Source: Malacoraja senta (Eukaryota). From it: DNA of 64,000 nt. The translations under genes and the position numbers were made by a program. Position 1 is the first letter of the stretch, and every line of letters starts with the position of its first letter. Positions 26,395 through 40,135 of this stretch are shown one piece after another. The stretch is from positions 9,922,001-9,986,000 of the forward strand of contig CM075988.1 of NCBI GenBank assembly GCA_038087875.1, in the 5' to 3' direction. The notes beneath the pieces were generated by a model. It was not told where the DNA came from and searched no databases. It worked only from the letters and a program-made list of their open reading frames with translations.

Positions 26395-27058
26395 CATGAT
26401 TTAATACTGAATTTGCAAACAGCCTCTCTCCGATCGGCCGATGGTAAATTTTTTTAAAAATAATTAATTTGACCACCCGGCACCTATAAAAAAATGGCCG
26501 CTGTGAACATCCATAGCCATAGCCCACGACGTTGCTGCTGCACTTCCATCCTGTCTAGCAGAAGTTTTTGCAAAATCTGCACTTGCTATGCTGAACCAAT
26601 GCCATGAGCATAACCACTTTCATGATTAGTTTGGCAAATTCAGAGACATGACAGGAACCTACTGTCGAAGCATCTTGAGGACCACACTTACATCCCAGAT
26701 CGCCATTTACCTGGGTTTAGGAGGTTTAGAGTTGAAATTCCTTTCATCAATCCAGCTATGATATGATGAAACTCAATAGGATCTTTCCTGACCCCATCAA
26801 AACCATACGATGACAAAGCACTTAAAGCTGTATTAATGGTGCTATAACTGAGCCCCTCATCATCGTAGAGTGTCAACAGGAACTCTAAAATATCCACAAT
26901 ACCTGCAGTACTATAGTCAATATTATTTTGTACACAATATTGCTCCCATTTTTTACATAAGTAATATACCCCTTTTGAGTACTCTTTCTCCAGGCTACAG
27001 TGAGCATGTCCACCGTTCACCCAGACAGTCCTTGCTCCAGGTATGGCCTTCTTGAAAC
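26395..27058 (-). pseudogene. Tyrosine recombinase remnant of the minus-strand DIRS
   Basis: KWEQYC..ILEFLLTLY..LSYSTINTALSALS, ending in GAGW..KFYHRPI. Frameshifted. Confidence 0.8.
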
Positions 27059-27059
27059 C

Positions 27060-28090
27060 TGCAAATTAACAAGTCAATACGATCACATAACAGATGACTT
27101 TCCCATGTTAGCGGATGATCCAGTCAATTCCTACGCTTGGGAACCACCAAAAAGAGGTTGGATCCCTAACTGTAACATCAAAGGGAACCATGCTTAATTC
27201 GGCCAATTAGGTATTACAAGCACCCCCAAAGCGGCATCCTGCTTGATTTCTTGCAGACTCCGACCTATTAGGCAAATTGGTAGGAAAATATATAAAACAT
27301 ACCACCCCTATGTAACGTCAAAGTATCAATTGCAACTGCCACCTGGTCTGGTTCCCATGAAACCTATTTAGGCTGCTGATGGTTGAACCTTGATGCAAAA
27401 CAAATCGATATCTGGCATTCATATACAAGTACTATATTATTGAACACCTCCTGGTTCAACTTCCAATCTATGTTGTCATGGAACTTTCGTGACTTGGCGT
27501 CTGCTACTATGTAGAATCTACCTGGTAGATAAATAGCTGAAATATCTTTTTCAATGCACCAGGCCCAAATTTGATTAGCCAATCTGTCACAAAATACCGA
27601 CTTGATTCCACCGATGTGATTAATATATATATGCCACTTGCGTAGTATTGTCAATCTGAAACTGAACATGCAGATTACATTTGTTAGAGCAATAAGCCTT
27701 ATCCATAAAAACCTCTTAATAGTTAATTGCCCATGTCTGCAGAAGCGATGCCTCTTGCTCAGTCCATCTGCCTCCACAGCTGAAACTCGTATCCGTGACA
27801 CCCCACCCGAGTGCACTGACATTCATCTGCAAAATCATGGAAGGCTGGTCAAGCATTACCTTGCTATAACTCCTGGACACATGGTGAATCCACCATTGCA
27901 AATCAGAAATAGCCTTTACTGATAACTGCATAGGTCTATTATAATGACCTGAATGTATCCTTAATGCCTCAATTAGCTTGATACTGCTGTCAATTAGCTC
28001 TACCCTTTTTTCCCTGGGCAGAGTCACTTAATTGAATCAATTGTGACCCAAATAGTCAGGTGTTAATTTGGATTTCTCTGGATGGATCAG
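27060..28090 (-). pseudogene. RT thumb / RNase H / methyltransferase remnant of the minus-strand DIRS
   Basis: IHPEKSKL, TLPREKR, LQWWI, SALGWG, YINHIGG, IVADAKSR and FASRFNHQ are colinear with the plus-strand copy. Confidence 0.8.
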
Positions 28091-28394
28091 CAATCAGCGA
28101 CTGAGCAGCAATTTTAGAGGCAAAGCCCATTGCTTTCCCTCATGCGATCGTCGTGCCTTATGCATTCAGCATGGGATCCCGGCACATAGCCATGTTTGGA
28201 TTCCTGTTTGGAGTTAATCCATACTAACCTTAGACACTCTTTTAGAGTGGGACTAATCGAAGCTGAAGCAGGTATCACCATTCATCTCCTCCATTTGCTT
28301 GTACATGCCTCTGTACCAAGCATGTTGTTCGACTCCATTCCCCACAATCTTATCACATATGTGTGTGGCTCCATCTTCATCCACTATACATCCA

Positions 28395-28790
28395 CGTGGG
28401 AGGAATTATGCAACCTGCAACAGGAGCTGCCCCAGGCCTGTGTGCATGTATTTTAGCACCATCTCGACCACTACGGAGAACCGAGTGGGAGTAATGGCAA
28501 CCCTGCAAACAGGTGTTGCTTCAGGCCCATGTGCATACTCCTGTAGCACTCTCTCGACCACTCCGCCATTTGAGTGGGAGAAATTTTGGCAACCCTTTAC
28601 TAAGTGTCACCTCAGGCATGTGTGCATGTATTTTAGCACTATCTCGACCACTGTGGTGCACCAAGTGGGAGGAATGGCAACCCTGCAAACAGGTGTTGCT
28701 TCAGGCACATGTGCATCCTCCTGTAGCACTCTCTCGACCACTCCGACCCTTGAGTGGGAGGAATTTTGCAACCCTTTACTGGGTGTTGCT
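28395..28790. repeat. Higher-order tandem repeat (180-bp unit of two approximately 90-bp subunits) in the DIRS gag region
   Basis: GTGCATGTATTTTAGCAC at 28442 and 28622. GTGCAT..CCTGTAGCACTCTCTCGACCAC at 28531 and 28711. Confidence 0.85.
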
Positions 28791-31253
28791 GCCTGACATG
28801 CCTTAATATGGAACGTTGTTGGATTGCAACGAGACGCAATGTTGTCTGACATTGATACCCCAGGCTTGGCACTCACTCTGAGTTGGGGTTGTCACGTTGC
28901 TGCCTACAGCAGCCGCCAGGATTAGCCATGCAAATCGATGCTCTGTTGGTATCCTCCTTCCCCAAACAGGCTGCATGTGCTAGCGACTCCAAATCGTGCT
29001 CCTTCCCGATGCCAACGCCGTCTATAGGGAAGAATTGGAGCGCCTCTGGCCCCCGTACATCAGACATAGTGGGAAATGCTGGAACAAAACTTAACAGTTA
29101 TTTGTCATAGGCAAAGACATTTATGTGAATGAAGACGCCCATCCCAGTTAAACCTGGGATTTATTTACTTTTAATATGAATAATCCTGCGTTTTGTGGAA
29201 AAAAACGTGCACAGTCCCTTTAATGAGCAGAATTACTATGACGCCACCTGGTGTAACTCCCACAGGTGACTGATAATACAGCTCAACAAAGCTTCCCATT
29301 TCCTTAATTGAGTAAATGATAATCATCTGTCTTGGTATGATAGTCACAATGTGACCAAGTGGTAACTATAATGTCTACCCTTTTGAACGCTTCCCAAAAT
29401 TGCGTTCGTCCTTAATTTGGAGGGCAGCACTGCCGGGATGCGTGAATTGTAAATTCTCCTTGAAGGCCAGCTTGGACCTAGACCTGAAACCTCCACAGAA
29501 TTAGCAGAAAATGCTACTGCCACAGACACATAAGGGTGATAAAGCACTAATCTCACTTCCTGAGTTGGGGTTGGGGGTCAACCACACACTGACCCCTTGT
29601 ACTCCTCTCCACTGAGGGAATTGGTAAGCAGCCCTGAAGACGCAATCCCCTGATAACCTGCCCTGATATGGCGCACCATATCAGGATAATACACGCGTGA
29701 GGACATATATATCTAACAGAGGGGACCCTCCTGGCCAGGCTCCACATAGCTTAGACTCATATGGGCTGCCAAAGTCGGGGTCCCTGCCTCATTGAGTCGT
29801 GTAGTAACCCGACGACCACGCTCAGTCTGCACCCCGAACACCCTCGGGAGTCCGACGGCCACCGACTCCTCTTTACCGCGGACCGTAGCCAGTATCCCCG
29901 TGGTCTAGAGAACCCCGCGGCCCATATTTAAAACACATCTCAGGAGTCGCTGACCTGCCTGTCAGCGAATCGAAATAACAAGCCCAACAGCCACCCGCAG
30001 TGACCGTAGCTTGCATAACCCGCGGTCGACAAAACGCCGCGGCCCGAATTTAACCTTGGGAGTCGCGGACCGTTCTGTCCGCGACTCAACCAGCAAAACC
30101 CACCGGCCGCCTGCTACCGCACTCCCACGGTCCGAAGCCGGCATCCACGCGGTCAACAATTTCCCCGTGGTCCACCGGGGAATGCTCAATTCGATATCCA
30201 GCAGGAACCTGCGAGAAGAGATTCCTGCAACGGACAACCTGAAAAGTAAGTTTAAACTTACCTGCAGGATTTTTCAAACTTACCGCTGGAGGACTCTGTT
30301 CCTCCCAGCCTGTCTGCGCCAATGCGACCGATGTAATGACGCGCATGCGCCCTGACGGGTCTTCTTCACGTAGTCACTCACGTGACTCCGAAGTAAAATT
30401 ATGTATTAGATGCAGAGGTCTGTAGGACGAAAGGTGAGAACTAGGGAAAGTCTGTTCTGGGTGAGAGCAGAACTGTGGGGAATGGAGGACACATGGGTGA
30501 ATAGTCCAAGAACTACAGCATCAACACATTGGAAGGGAATTTGCCTTTGCTTTGATTCATGTTAAAATTGTTCCAGCCTAGTCAGAGAATTGCATTAAAT
30601 AAACATTGGAAGAGGCAATCTAATCATCTAATTTTCTCATCGAATTCATTTGGCTTCCCTAAGCTTGTTAATACTGTGCCACGCTGGCAAGATTCAGGGA
30701 AATGTGTGAGATAACAGATGATGTGCACTTTGTTTGAAATAAGCTTGAGAGTCACAGAGAGGTACGGCACAGATACAGGCCCTTCAGCCCACTGAGTCTC
30801 TGCTGCCCATTTACACTAATCCTACATTACTACTCCCAATAGATAAGCAACAAATGAATACTATGAAGTATTCAGCACCACAACAAGCCCAACACCTCTC
30901 TGCTGAGTATCAAGTATTCATCCACCCTAATCCCATTTATAGGCATTTGGTTCATTGTCTTCTATATCTTGATGATTAAGAGTACTCGACCAGACACTCT
31001 TTAAATGCTTGAGCGGACCTTGTTCCATCATTCCATTAGGCAGTGTATTTCGGATTTCTCCTCAGATCTCCGCTAAACCTCTTACCCCTTACCCTGAACC
31101 AACAGGTGCCTTTGCAACCAGGAAACTATTCCCAATATATATCCTGATTGCCCCTCATATTCCTCAATCAGGTCCCCTCCTCCTCTCCATTTTAAACCCA
31201 GTCTATCCAGTCAGATTCTGTTAACAGCACTGCCCTCTTCACTTCTGTTAACT

Positions 31254-31570
31254 TTAGACTTTACTTTAGACTTTCGAGGTACAGCGTAGAAGCAGGCCCT
31301 TTGTCCCACCGAATCCTCCCCGACCAATGATCACTCCCATACACTTACACTATCCTACACACACTAGGGACAATTTTTACAACTTACCAAATCAAATTAA
31401 CCCATAAACCTGTACGTCTTTGGAGTGTGGGCTGAAACCGGAACACCCGGAAACCCCCGCAGTCACAGGAAGAATGTACAAACACCGTGTAGACAGCACT
31501 CATAGTCAGGATCGAACTCACGTCTCTGGCGCTGTAAGGTAGCAACTCTACTGCTGTGCCAACGTGCCAC
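31254..31570 (-). mobile_element. tRNA-derived V-domain SINE
   Basis: Complete antisense copy. Confidence 0.85.
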
Positions 31571-31953
31571 CTCTTCAAAAATTTCAGTCAATTTACTCAG
31601 ACATGCACTCCCCCTTAGAATGCCATGCTGGACGTCTTTGGTTAATCTCTGCCTTTCTAAGTACCTCTGATTTTTTTTACAATAACTACCATATCATTGA
31701 AATTAGACCCCCAGGACTGCAGCCCTTCTTGAATAAAGGTTACATATTTGTTGTCCTCCACTTGCCTGGCATCTCACTTGCAGCAAGCAAAGATGAAAAA
31801 ATCTGTCAACCATGACTATTGCTTCCTAACGTTTCCATTAGCAGCCTGGGAGATGTCTCACCAGGCACTAAGGATTTCTTAAACTCGCTGAGACATCCAA
31901 CAACTTTCCTTTTCAATAGAGAGATACAACCCAGAAACAGGCTCTTTTAATCA

Positions 31954-32287
31954 GGGCAGCACAGTGGCATAGCTGCTAAGAGTTGCTGCCTCACAGTGCC
32001 ACAGAACTAGGTTCGATCCTGACCTCTGGTGCTATCTGAATGGAGCTTGCACATTCTCCCTGTGATCATGTGGGTTTTGTCTGGGTGCTCCAGTATCTCC
32101 CTCATCCCAAAGACGTACAGTTTTGTAGATTAATTGTCCTCTGTAAAAAAAAGTTGCCCTTAATGTGCATGGACTGGATGCGAAAATGGGATAACATAGA
32201 ACTAGTGTGAATGCGTGGTCAATGGTTGGTGCGGACTCAGTGAGCTGAAGGGCCTGTTTCCATGCGGATCTCTAAACTAAGCTAAAC
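31954..32287 (+). mobile_element. tRNA-derived V-domain SINE
   Basis: Complete copy with CTAAA tail. Confidence 0.8.
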
Positions 32288-32419
32288 TTCTTCAATTCAG
32301 ATTGCATTACAAATCGATCGTTGTGCAAAGCGACATTGAGGTCAACATTTCCTCAGTGCGGATGGGGCCAAAGTTCTTTCTATAAGCAGGATTTGAATGG
32401 TTGGATAAACATTAAGGGG

Positions 32420-32980
32420 CTGAGTGTGATCTTATACGGGTGTACTAAATCATGAAAGGAATAGATGCACGGGCTCTTGCTCAGAGTAGGGGAATCCAGA
32501 ACCAGAGGACATAGGTTTAAGGTGAGTGGGGAAAGATTTAATAGGAACCTAAGGGGTACCTTTTACACACAATTAGGGTGATAAAGCACTAATCTCACTT
32601 CCTGAGTTGGGGTTGGGGTCAACCACACACTGACCCCTTGTACTCCTCACCACTGAGGGAATTGGTAAGCAGCCCTGAAAACGCAATCCCCTGATGACCT
32701 GCCCTGATATGGCGCACCATATCAGGATAATACACGCGTGAGGACATACATATATAACAGAGGGGACCCTCCTGGCCAGGCTCCACATAGTTTAGACAAC
32801 GGGCTGCTGGAAGAGGTAGTTGTGGCAGGTAGTATTGCAACATTTAAGAAACATTTAGACAGGTACATGGATAGGACTGGTTTAGGTGGGTGGGACTAGT
32901 GTAGATGAGACATGTTGGCCGGTGTGGGCAAGTTGGGCTATGGGACATGTTTACATGCTGCAAGAATCTATGACTCTATG
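32420..32980 (+). mobile_element. CR1 3' fragment carrying a 223-bp DIRS-derived insert (32575-32797)
   Basis: CR1 3' sequence on both sides. The insert matches 29533-29756. Confidence 0.85.
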
Positions 32981-32981
32981 A

Positions 32982-33275
32982 GGATGGCATGGTGGCACAG
33001 CGGCAGAGTTACTGCTTTACAGTGCCAGAGATCCAGGTTCAATCCTGACTATGGGTGCTGTCTGTACTGACTTTGTACATTCTCCCTTGACCTACCTAGG
33101 ATTTCTCAGAAATTCCCACACTCCAAATACGTACAGGTTTGTAGGTTAATTGGCTTGGTATAATGGTAAATTGCCCCTAGTGTGTGTAGGATAGTGCTAG
33201 TGTATGCGGATTGCTGGTTGATGGGCCGAAGGGCCTTTTTCCAGGCTGTATCTCTAAACTAAACTGAACTAAACT
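32982..33275 (+). mobile_element. tRNA-derived V-domain SINE
   Basis: Head, central domain and tail present. Confidence 0.8.
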
Positions 33276-33530
33276 GATTACATAGACAAAGTATATCATC
33301 GGGTGACATGGAGTATGACACATCAATATTGGAGTAAAGCATCTTCAGTCAAACACCACTTTGTAATTTATTAGGTTTAGGAACTAAAGCCAGCTGCCGC
33401 CTACACAGAAACAAAATATTTTAAAGCATTTCCTGTCAAATCATATTTGAATACACTCTATTTTTTCGGTCAGAAATATTATGTTCAGCTACCAACCAAT
33501 GTTTTCTCAATTAGCAACATCTGCACAGAG

Positions 33531-33912
33531 TGTTCCACTTAGGAGACCTAAACAGCAACCTCTGGTGACCTTGCCCACCACCCAAGGTTTCCATGAGGTC
33601 ACCGGAGGTTTTGGTCACTCTCCCTAATGATCGAAAGTTGTTTCCGCGTGGTCGAGGCTTCATCTAGGTTGCTGCTATTTTTTCATCATGTTTAAAACCG
33701 GCCTTGACTAAAAATAGGTTGCCATTTTAAAAATCAATAATTTTTTAGTCGCAGGTCTAGTCGAAGCCAGTTTTCTTCAGTTGAGGAAGGTTTTCAACAT
33801 ATGCATGGGAGGTGGTAGGAGGTTGCAGGTCACCTCGACCTTGATTTTTTTTTGGGTGACGGGCAAGGTCACCAGATGTTGCTGTTTAGGTCTCCTAAAT
33901 GGGACAGGGGCT
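33531..33912. mobile_element. Harbinger-type MITE related to 60042-60684, left tip eroded
   Basis: TGTTCCACTTAGGAGACCTAAACAGCAAC pairs with GTTGCTGTTTAGGTCTCCTAAATGGGACAGGGGCT, followed by TAA. Confidence 0.8.
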
Positions 33913-33924
33913 TAAAACACTTTC

Positions 33925-34067
33925 CAAGCTCGTGGAACCGGCCTGTACGAAGATCACTTGGCCCCCGCGCAGCATCCGTGCGGCGCTCTCGCGGTTGCCG
34001 TGCGGTCCCCTCTTCCGGCGACGCCGCGCTTCACCGCCAATGACCTCAAACCAGTGAGACAGAGCCT
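33925..34067. mobile_element. Orphan right end of the 13100-14192 MITE family
   Basis: Closely matches 14051-14192 and is also followed by TTA. Confidence 0.85.
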
Positions 34068-34399
34068 TTACATTTTTTGAAGCACTTGCTTCCCCTTGGC
34101 AGTGTAACCTTGCCTTTATTAAAGTGCATTTTGTTGTGCATTTTCTTTAGCATGTACTGAACAATTGTTTGCTAACTGGTTTCAAGATGGAAGAGCATTA
34201 GATACACGAATAACCACATGAACTGTTCTTTCTGGATCAGTAATTAAATTACTGCCAGCTGCAGGGGAAATCCTAATGAGAATTTTTTTACTAAATAAAA
34301 GAAGTGCTTGTTATTTAGTAATGAAGTATTTTTACATGGGCATTATATTCCACTAACCCTGATGAAACAACATCAGGCTCTCAGAGAAACTAAAATTTG

Positions 34400-34960
34400 A
34401 GCAAAATGACATTCTTGCTATTGAGGGAGTGCAGCACAGGTTCACAAGGTTAATTCGCAGGATGGCGGGACTGTCATATGATGAAAGAATGGAGCGACTG
34501 GGCTTGTATTCACTGGAATTTAGAAGGATGAGAGGGTATCTTATAGAAACATATAAAATTATTTAGGGATTGGACACGCTAGAGGCAGGGGTTCCCAACC
34601 TTTTTGAACACGCTAGACGCAGGAAACATGTTCCTGATGTTGGGGGAGTCCAGAACCATGGGCCACAGTTTAAGAATAAGGGGTAGGCCACTTAGAACTG
34701 AGATGAGGACAAATGACTTCACATAAAATGTTGTGAATTTGTGGAATTCTCTGCCTCAGAAGGCAGTAGAGGCCAATTCACTGGATGCATTCAAAAGTTA
34801 GATAGAGCTCTTAGGGCTAGCGGAATCATGGGATATGGGGAGAAGGCAGGAACGGGGTACTGATTGTGGATGATCAGCCATGATCACATTGAATGGCGGT
34901 GCTGGCCCGAAGGGCCAAATGGCCTACTCCTGCACCTATTGTCTATGTATCTATGTATGT
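34400..34960 (+). mobile_element. CR1 3' fragment
   Basis: Colinear with the CR1 at 697-1299. (CTATGTAT)n tail. Confidence 0.85.
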
Positions 34961-35019
34961 TAACCTCCCTTTCTCTTTACTCCTCTACACCCCTCTACAG
35001 CAGAGGAATCATCAACTAC

Positions 35020-35625
35020 AAGTACATTGTTGCATGAAAGTGGCATCGCAGGAAGAAGGAGTGGTGAAGAAGGCTTTTGGTCTATTGGCCTTCATCAGTC
35101 ATGAATTGAGTAGAGAAATTGTGAAGTTATGTTGCAGTTGTACGAGACATTTGGGAGGCTGCATTTGGATACTCTGTTTAGTTTTGCTCCCCCAGGTATA
35201 GGAACAATGCCATTAAGGATGCAGAGAAGAACTACGGGAATGTTGTCAGGACTCAGCTACAGGGAGAATAAGGGCAGGCTAGGACTTTATTCATTGATCA
35301 CAGGAGGCTGAAGGGGAATCTATAATCATGATGTGTATACCATCATGATGTGAATAGACACAGAATGCACACAGTTTTTGTCACAGGGTAGGGGAATCAA
35401 GAACTACGGCACAGGTTTAAAGTTAGAGGGGAAAACTGATAAGATCTTAAGGGGCAACATTTTCATACAGAGGGTGGTGGGCATATGGAATGAGCTGCCA
35501 GAAAAAGTAGTAGAAACAGGTAATAACAATATTTAAAAGAGATATTTGGATAGGTACATAGATCAGAAAGGTTTGTAAGGATATGGGCCACAAGTGGGTA
35601 AATGGGACTAACTTAGATGGACAAC
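35020..35625 (+). mobile_element. Decayed CR1 3' fragment
   Basis: Residual similarity to other CR1 3' ends. Confidence 0.65.
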
Positions 35626-36339
35626 ATAGAAAATTGCCCCTAGTGCATAGAATAGTGCTAGTGTATGGGGTTCTCACTGCTCGATGTGGACTGGTAGGCT
35701 GAAGGGCATATTTATGTGCTGCATCTCTAAAGTCTAAAATCTAAAGTCTAAATGGAGAGAAAAGGCACAGCAGATGCTGGAATCTTGAGCCAAACACAAA
35801 GTGCTAAAGTAACTCAGCGGGTTAAGCAGCATCTGTGAAGGGTAGCAATCCAAAACATTGTTCATCCATTCCCTCCCTAGTTACTGCCTGACCCGGTGAG
35901 TTACTCCAACACTTTATGTTTAGTCTGTCATTAATAATTATCATTAGGGATTTTCTTTTGATCGGAGACTAAGGTTTGCACCTTCTCCCACCACCCGCAG
36001 CCATTCCTCCCATCTGAACAAACAGATTCAGTCCATGCCTCCACTCCCCCCTCCCCTTGCTCCTGTCCACTGTCCAGGTCAGCTCTTTTGCCACAATATT
36101 TAATCTTGAAAAGGCTTGAGTTTGGTATTATAGTCCACATGGTCAAACTCCTCCAGTATTTAGAGCACTGTTGCTCTTTCGCAACAGGATCTAAATCAGT
36201 TTCAATCAAAATTTGCATCGTCAATGGTATATGTTTAAGGTGGGAATAAAATGTTAAGAATTCCTAACATCTGCCCTGTGTTCACACACATGCACACGTA
36301 TGCATAAGTGGGCAGATATTATATTAAGCTTCAATTTAT

Positions 36340-36648
36340 TTAGACTTTAATTTAGACTTTTAGACTTTTAGAGATACAGCCCAGAAACAGGCCCTTCGTC
36401 CCACTGAGGTCGTACCGACCAGTAATCACCCCTTACACTAGCACTACCCTAAGCACTTGGGACAATTTACAATTTTTACCGATGCTAATTAACCTACAAA
36501 CCTGTATTTCTTTGGAGTATGGGAGGAAACCAGAGCACCCAGAGAAAACCCACATGGTCACAGGGAGAATGTACAAACTCCGTACGGACGGCATCTGTAG
36601 TCAGGATCAAGCCCACATCTCTGGAGCTGTAAGGCAGCAAATCTACCG
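36340..36648 (-). mobile_element. tRNA-derived V-domain SINE
   Basis: Antisense copy with (TTTAGAC)n tail. Confidence 0.85.
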
Positions 36649-38223
36649 AAGTTGAATATAATTATTTTTTAATAACATAACTATTATATTAAACGTCAAT
36701 ATGATAGACACAAAAAGCTGGAGTAACTCAGTGGGACAGGCAGCATCTCTGGAGAGAAGGAATGGGTGATGTTTTGGGTCGAGACCCTTCTTCAGACTTG
36801 ATTGTACTGTTTGTATAGTTTAAGTGTTCTGTCTTAGGTATTTTGTATCAGCAGCTTCTGGGTCAATATGTTTGACTATTTGGAGCCTATTTTATGACAG
36901 GATTGTGAATATTGGAAAGTCAAGTATTCAGGAACAGCTTCTTCACTGCTCATAGCTTTGTGACTTCTCTACTCAATTCAATGACTAATGAAGGCCGATA
37001 GGCCAAGAGCCTTCTTCACCACCCTATCTACCTGTGACGCCACTTTCAGGGAATTATGTACTTGTATCTGTAGATCCCTGCTGTAGCAGGGTAAGTTCAT
37101 AAGTTCATAAGTGATAGGAGCAGAATTAGGACATTGGCTCATCAAGTCCACTCCGCCATTCAATCATGGCTGATCTATCTCTCCCTCCTAACCCCATTCT
37201 CCTGCCTTCTCCCCATAAGCCCTGACATCCGTATAGAGGGGTAAAGAGAAAGGGAGGAGTATTCGAGTACCTGATGTTGTTTCATTAGGGTTACTGTAAT
37301 CTCACAACTACAAGTAAGTTTCTCTCTCTTTCTTTCCCTCTCTCACTGCATGGCCACCCACACAGCCTTCCATGCAAGGAAGTTTCCATGCAAGGAATAT
37401 TTGCTTCCACTTAAAGCATGTTGAGATGGGCAGCACACTCTCTCTACTGCATGGCCACCCACACAGCCTTCCAGCTCTGTGGCCACACACTTTTTCTGCA
37501 GGTGTTGTTGCATTATGCAGAAACGTCATTATGCTCATGGACAGAGTAACCGAGAGCTCCAGATTTTTACAAGCACAATCGAATTTGTGTCCGTTCACAT
37601 TTTGCTGGGTTTTTCTCCCTTGACGGAAAGTGCTGGCATTTTCAATACATTAATAATGGAGCACATCAGGGTCTTGCTGTTAAATGCGAGGAAAATTCCA
37701 GCTTGAATCCCACAAAGCAGCAGCAGGAATAATGCAATAAATTGAGCAATAAATTTTACCGGACTATAAATATATTATCCCTTGCACGAAGAACAGAGAG
37801 TGCTGGACGTGACCAGTCAAAATACAAAAATAACAGCTGTTCCACCTTTGCAATGAATAATTTTTCAATCTTTTGATTAATAAGAAACAATATTGACAAG
37901 GTTGGCCTTGATGCTGAAACCTGCCCAGATAAAAGACACCGCATTGCACATTGTAACCGGTGATTTAATGGCAAGGATGGAACTTACCCAGCATATTTCT
38001 GGTATCTAATTTAAATGCTGACAGGTTCATGGTGCATTTTACTTGTTATGCATGTGTGTGTTTCTCCACCTTTAAGATGGAGATAGATAAGTGTTTGAAA
38101 GATCGATGAACTGATGGTAATGGAGAAATGCCACAGAAAAGTTGAGGCCAGCAGAGACCAGCCATGATGAGATCATGATAGGCACGTTTGAGTGGCCTGG
38201 GCCCCACTCCTGCTCAGCTTTCA

Positions 38224-38819
<596 letters not shown>

Positions 38820-39414
38820 CTGCAGAAGGGTCTCAACCCAAAACATCACCCATTCCTTCCCTCCAGAGATGCTGCCAGTTCAGCATTTAGCATCTATCTG
38901 CATATTGTTAAATGCACTTTTAAGTTCTGGGCTCTACGCAATGTAATTGTAAATTACTATATGCATTAAATTATTCATGCGTTCTTGTGCATATGCGCAT
39001 ATAGAAACACAGAAAAATAGAAATATAGCCTTGCATATACGTATTTGTAGTTAAACAAATGTACTTTTCTTTTCAGCATCATTTTTGCGTGCTCTTCTAT
39101 TATGCCAGGGAAGATATTTCAAACCTTGCTCCTTACATAGGATCACTGAACTGAAGAAAATGGATGCTATTTTGTCCATTGTGCCTTTCCTGTAAGTGTG
39201 GAGGTGATTATTTCTTCCAGGTGCCTTCTCTAGCAAGAACTCATGAGTAGGTTCTAAATAAATACACTTACAATCTCTCCGGAGTTAGCAAGCTGAATAA
39301 TTTCCATCCACACATTGCTGCTCCCACCGCTCATGGTAGTCGGGGGGAAAAATCAGATCCCTGGTGAGTTTCAAATGATGATTAGGATCTGGAGCCTTTG
39401 GGAGAATGGTATTG

Positions 39415-40135
39415 GTATTGATTATTATTGTCAGAAACAGTGAAAAGCTTTGTTTGCCTGATATCCAATCAAGCCACACACATGTACAACAGGTAGGGCA
39501 GAGAGATAAATACCAGACTGCAGAATATAGTCTTACAGTGTTACAGTTACAGGGGAAATCCAATGAGGTGGGTTGGGAGTTCAGTACTTCACCTGTAGCT
39601 TATGGGAAGACTGTTCAGTAGTAGGACGAGCAATGAAGAAGCTGTTCCTGAATCGGATGGTGCATACATTCAAGCGTTGGTATTTTCTGCCCATCAACAG
39701 GAGAGGAAAGGAGAGGAAAAAAACGGGGTGGAAATGATCCTTGATTACTTTGTCTGCTTTCTGAAGTAGTGTGTCGTTAGTTAGTTAGTCCATTTAGTTT
39801 ATTGTCATGTGTACTGAGGTACAGTGAAAAGCTTTTGTTGCGTAGTCTGTGTGATTGACTGGGCTACATCTACTACTCTTTGCAATTTCTTTCGGTGTTG
39901 GGCAGAACAGTTCCCAAATCCAGTTGTGATGCATCCCAAAAGGACACGTCTCGACCCAAAACATCACACATTCCTTCTCTCCAGAGATGCTGCCTGTGCC
40001 ATTGAGTTACTCCAGCATTTTGTGTCTATCTTGCTGGTGTAAACCAGCATCTGTAGTTCCTACCTGCACAGGACACTTTCTATGTTGCATCTGTAGAAGT
40101 TGGTAAGACGTGTCAAACTTCCTTAGTGTTCTGAG
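39415..40135 (-). mobile_element. Old Rex1-like LINE 3' fragment with a nested Penelope pseudo-LTR piece (39948-40069)
   Basis: Similar to 61036-61790. The nested piece is flanked by AGGACAC at 39941-39947 and 40070-40076. Confidence 0.65.

Larger units (their letters stand above)
26332..30398 (-). mobile_element. Degenerate, internally deleted DIRS1-type element
   Basis: 5' terminus TTTTACTTCGGAGTCACGTGAGTGACTACGTG at 30398 matches the plus-strand DIRS. RT end, RNase H, MT and YR remnants at 26395-28090. Gag C-terminus, RT N-terminus and right terminus are missing. Confidence 0.88.

Noticed and set aside
37347..37473. 27-bp direct repeat CTGCATGGCCACCCACACAGCCTTCCA about 100 bp apart
   Set aside because: Only two copies and no associated element. 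Most likely a small local duplication.
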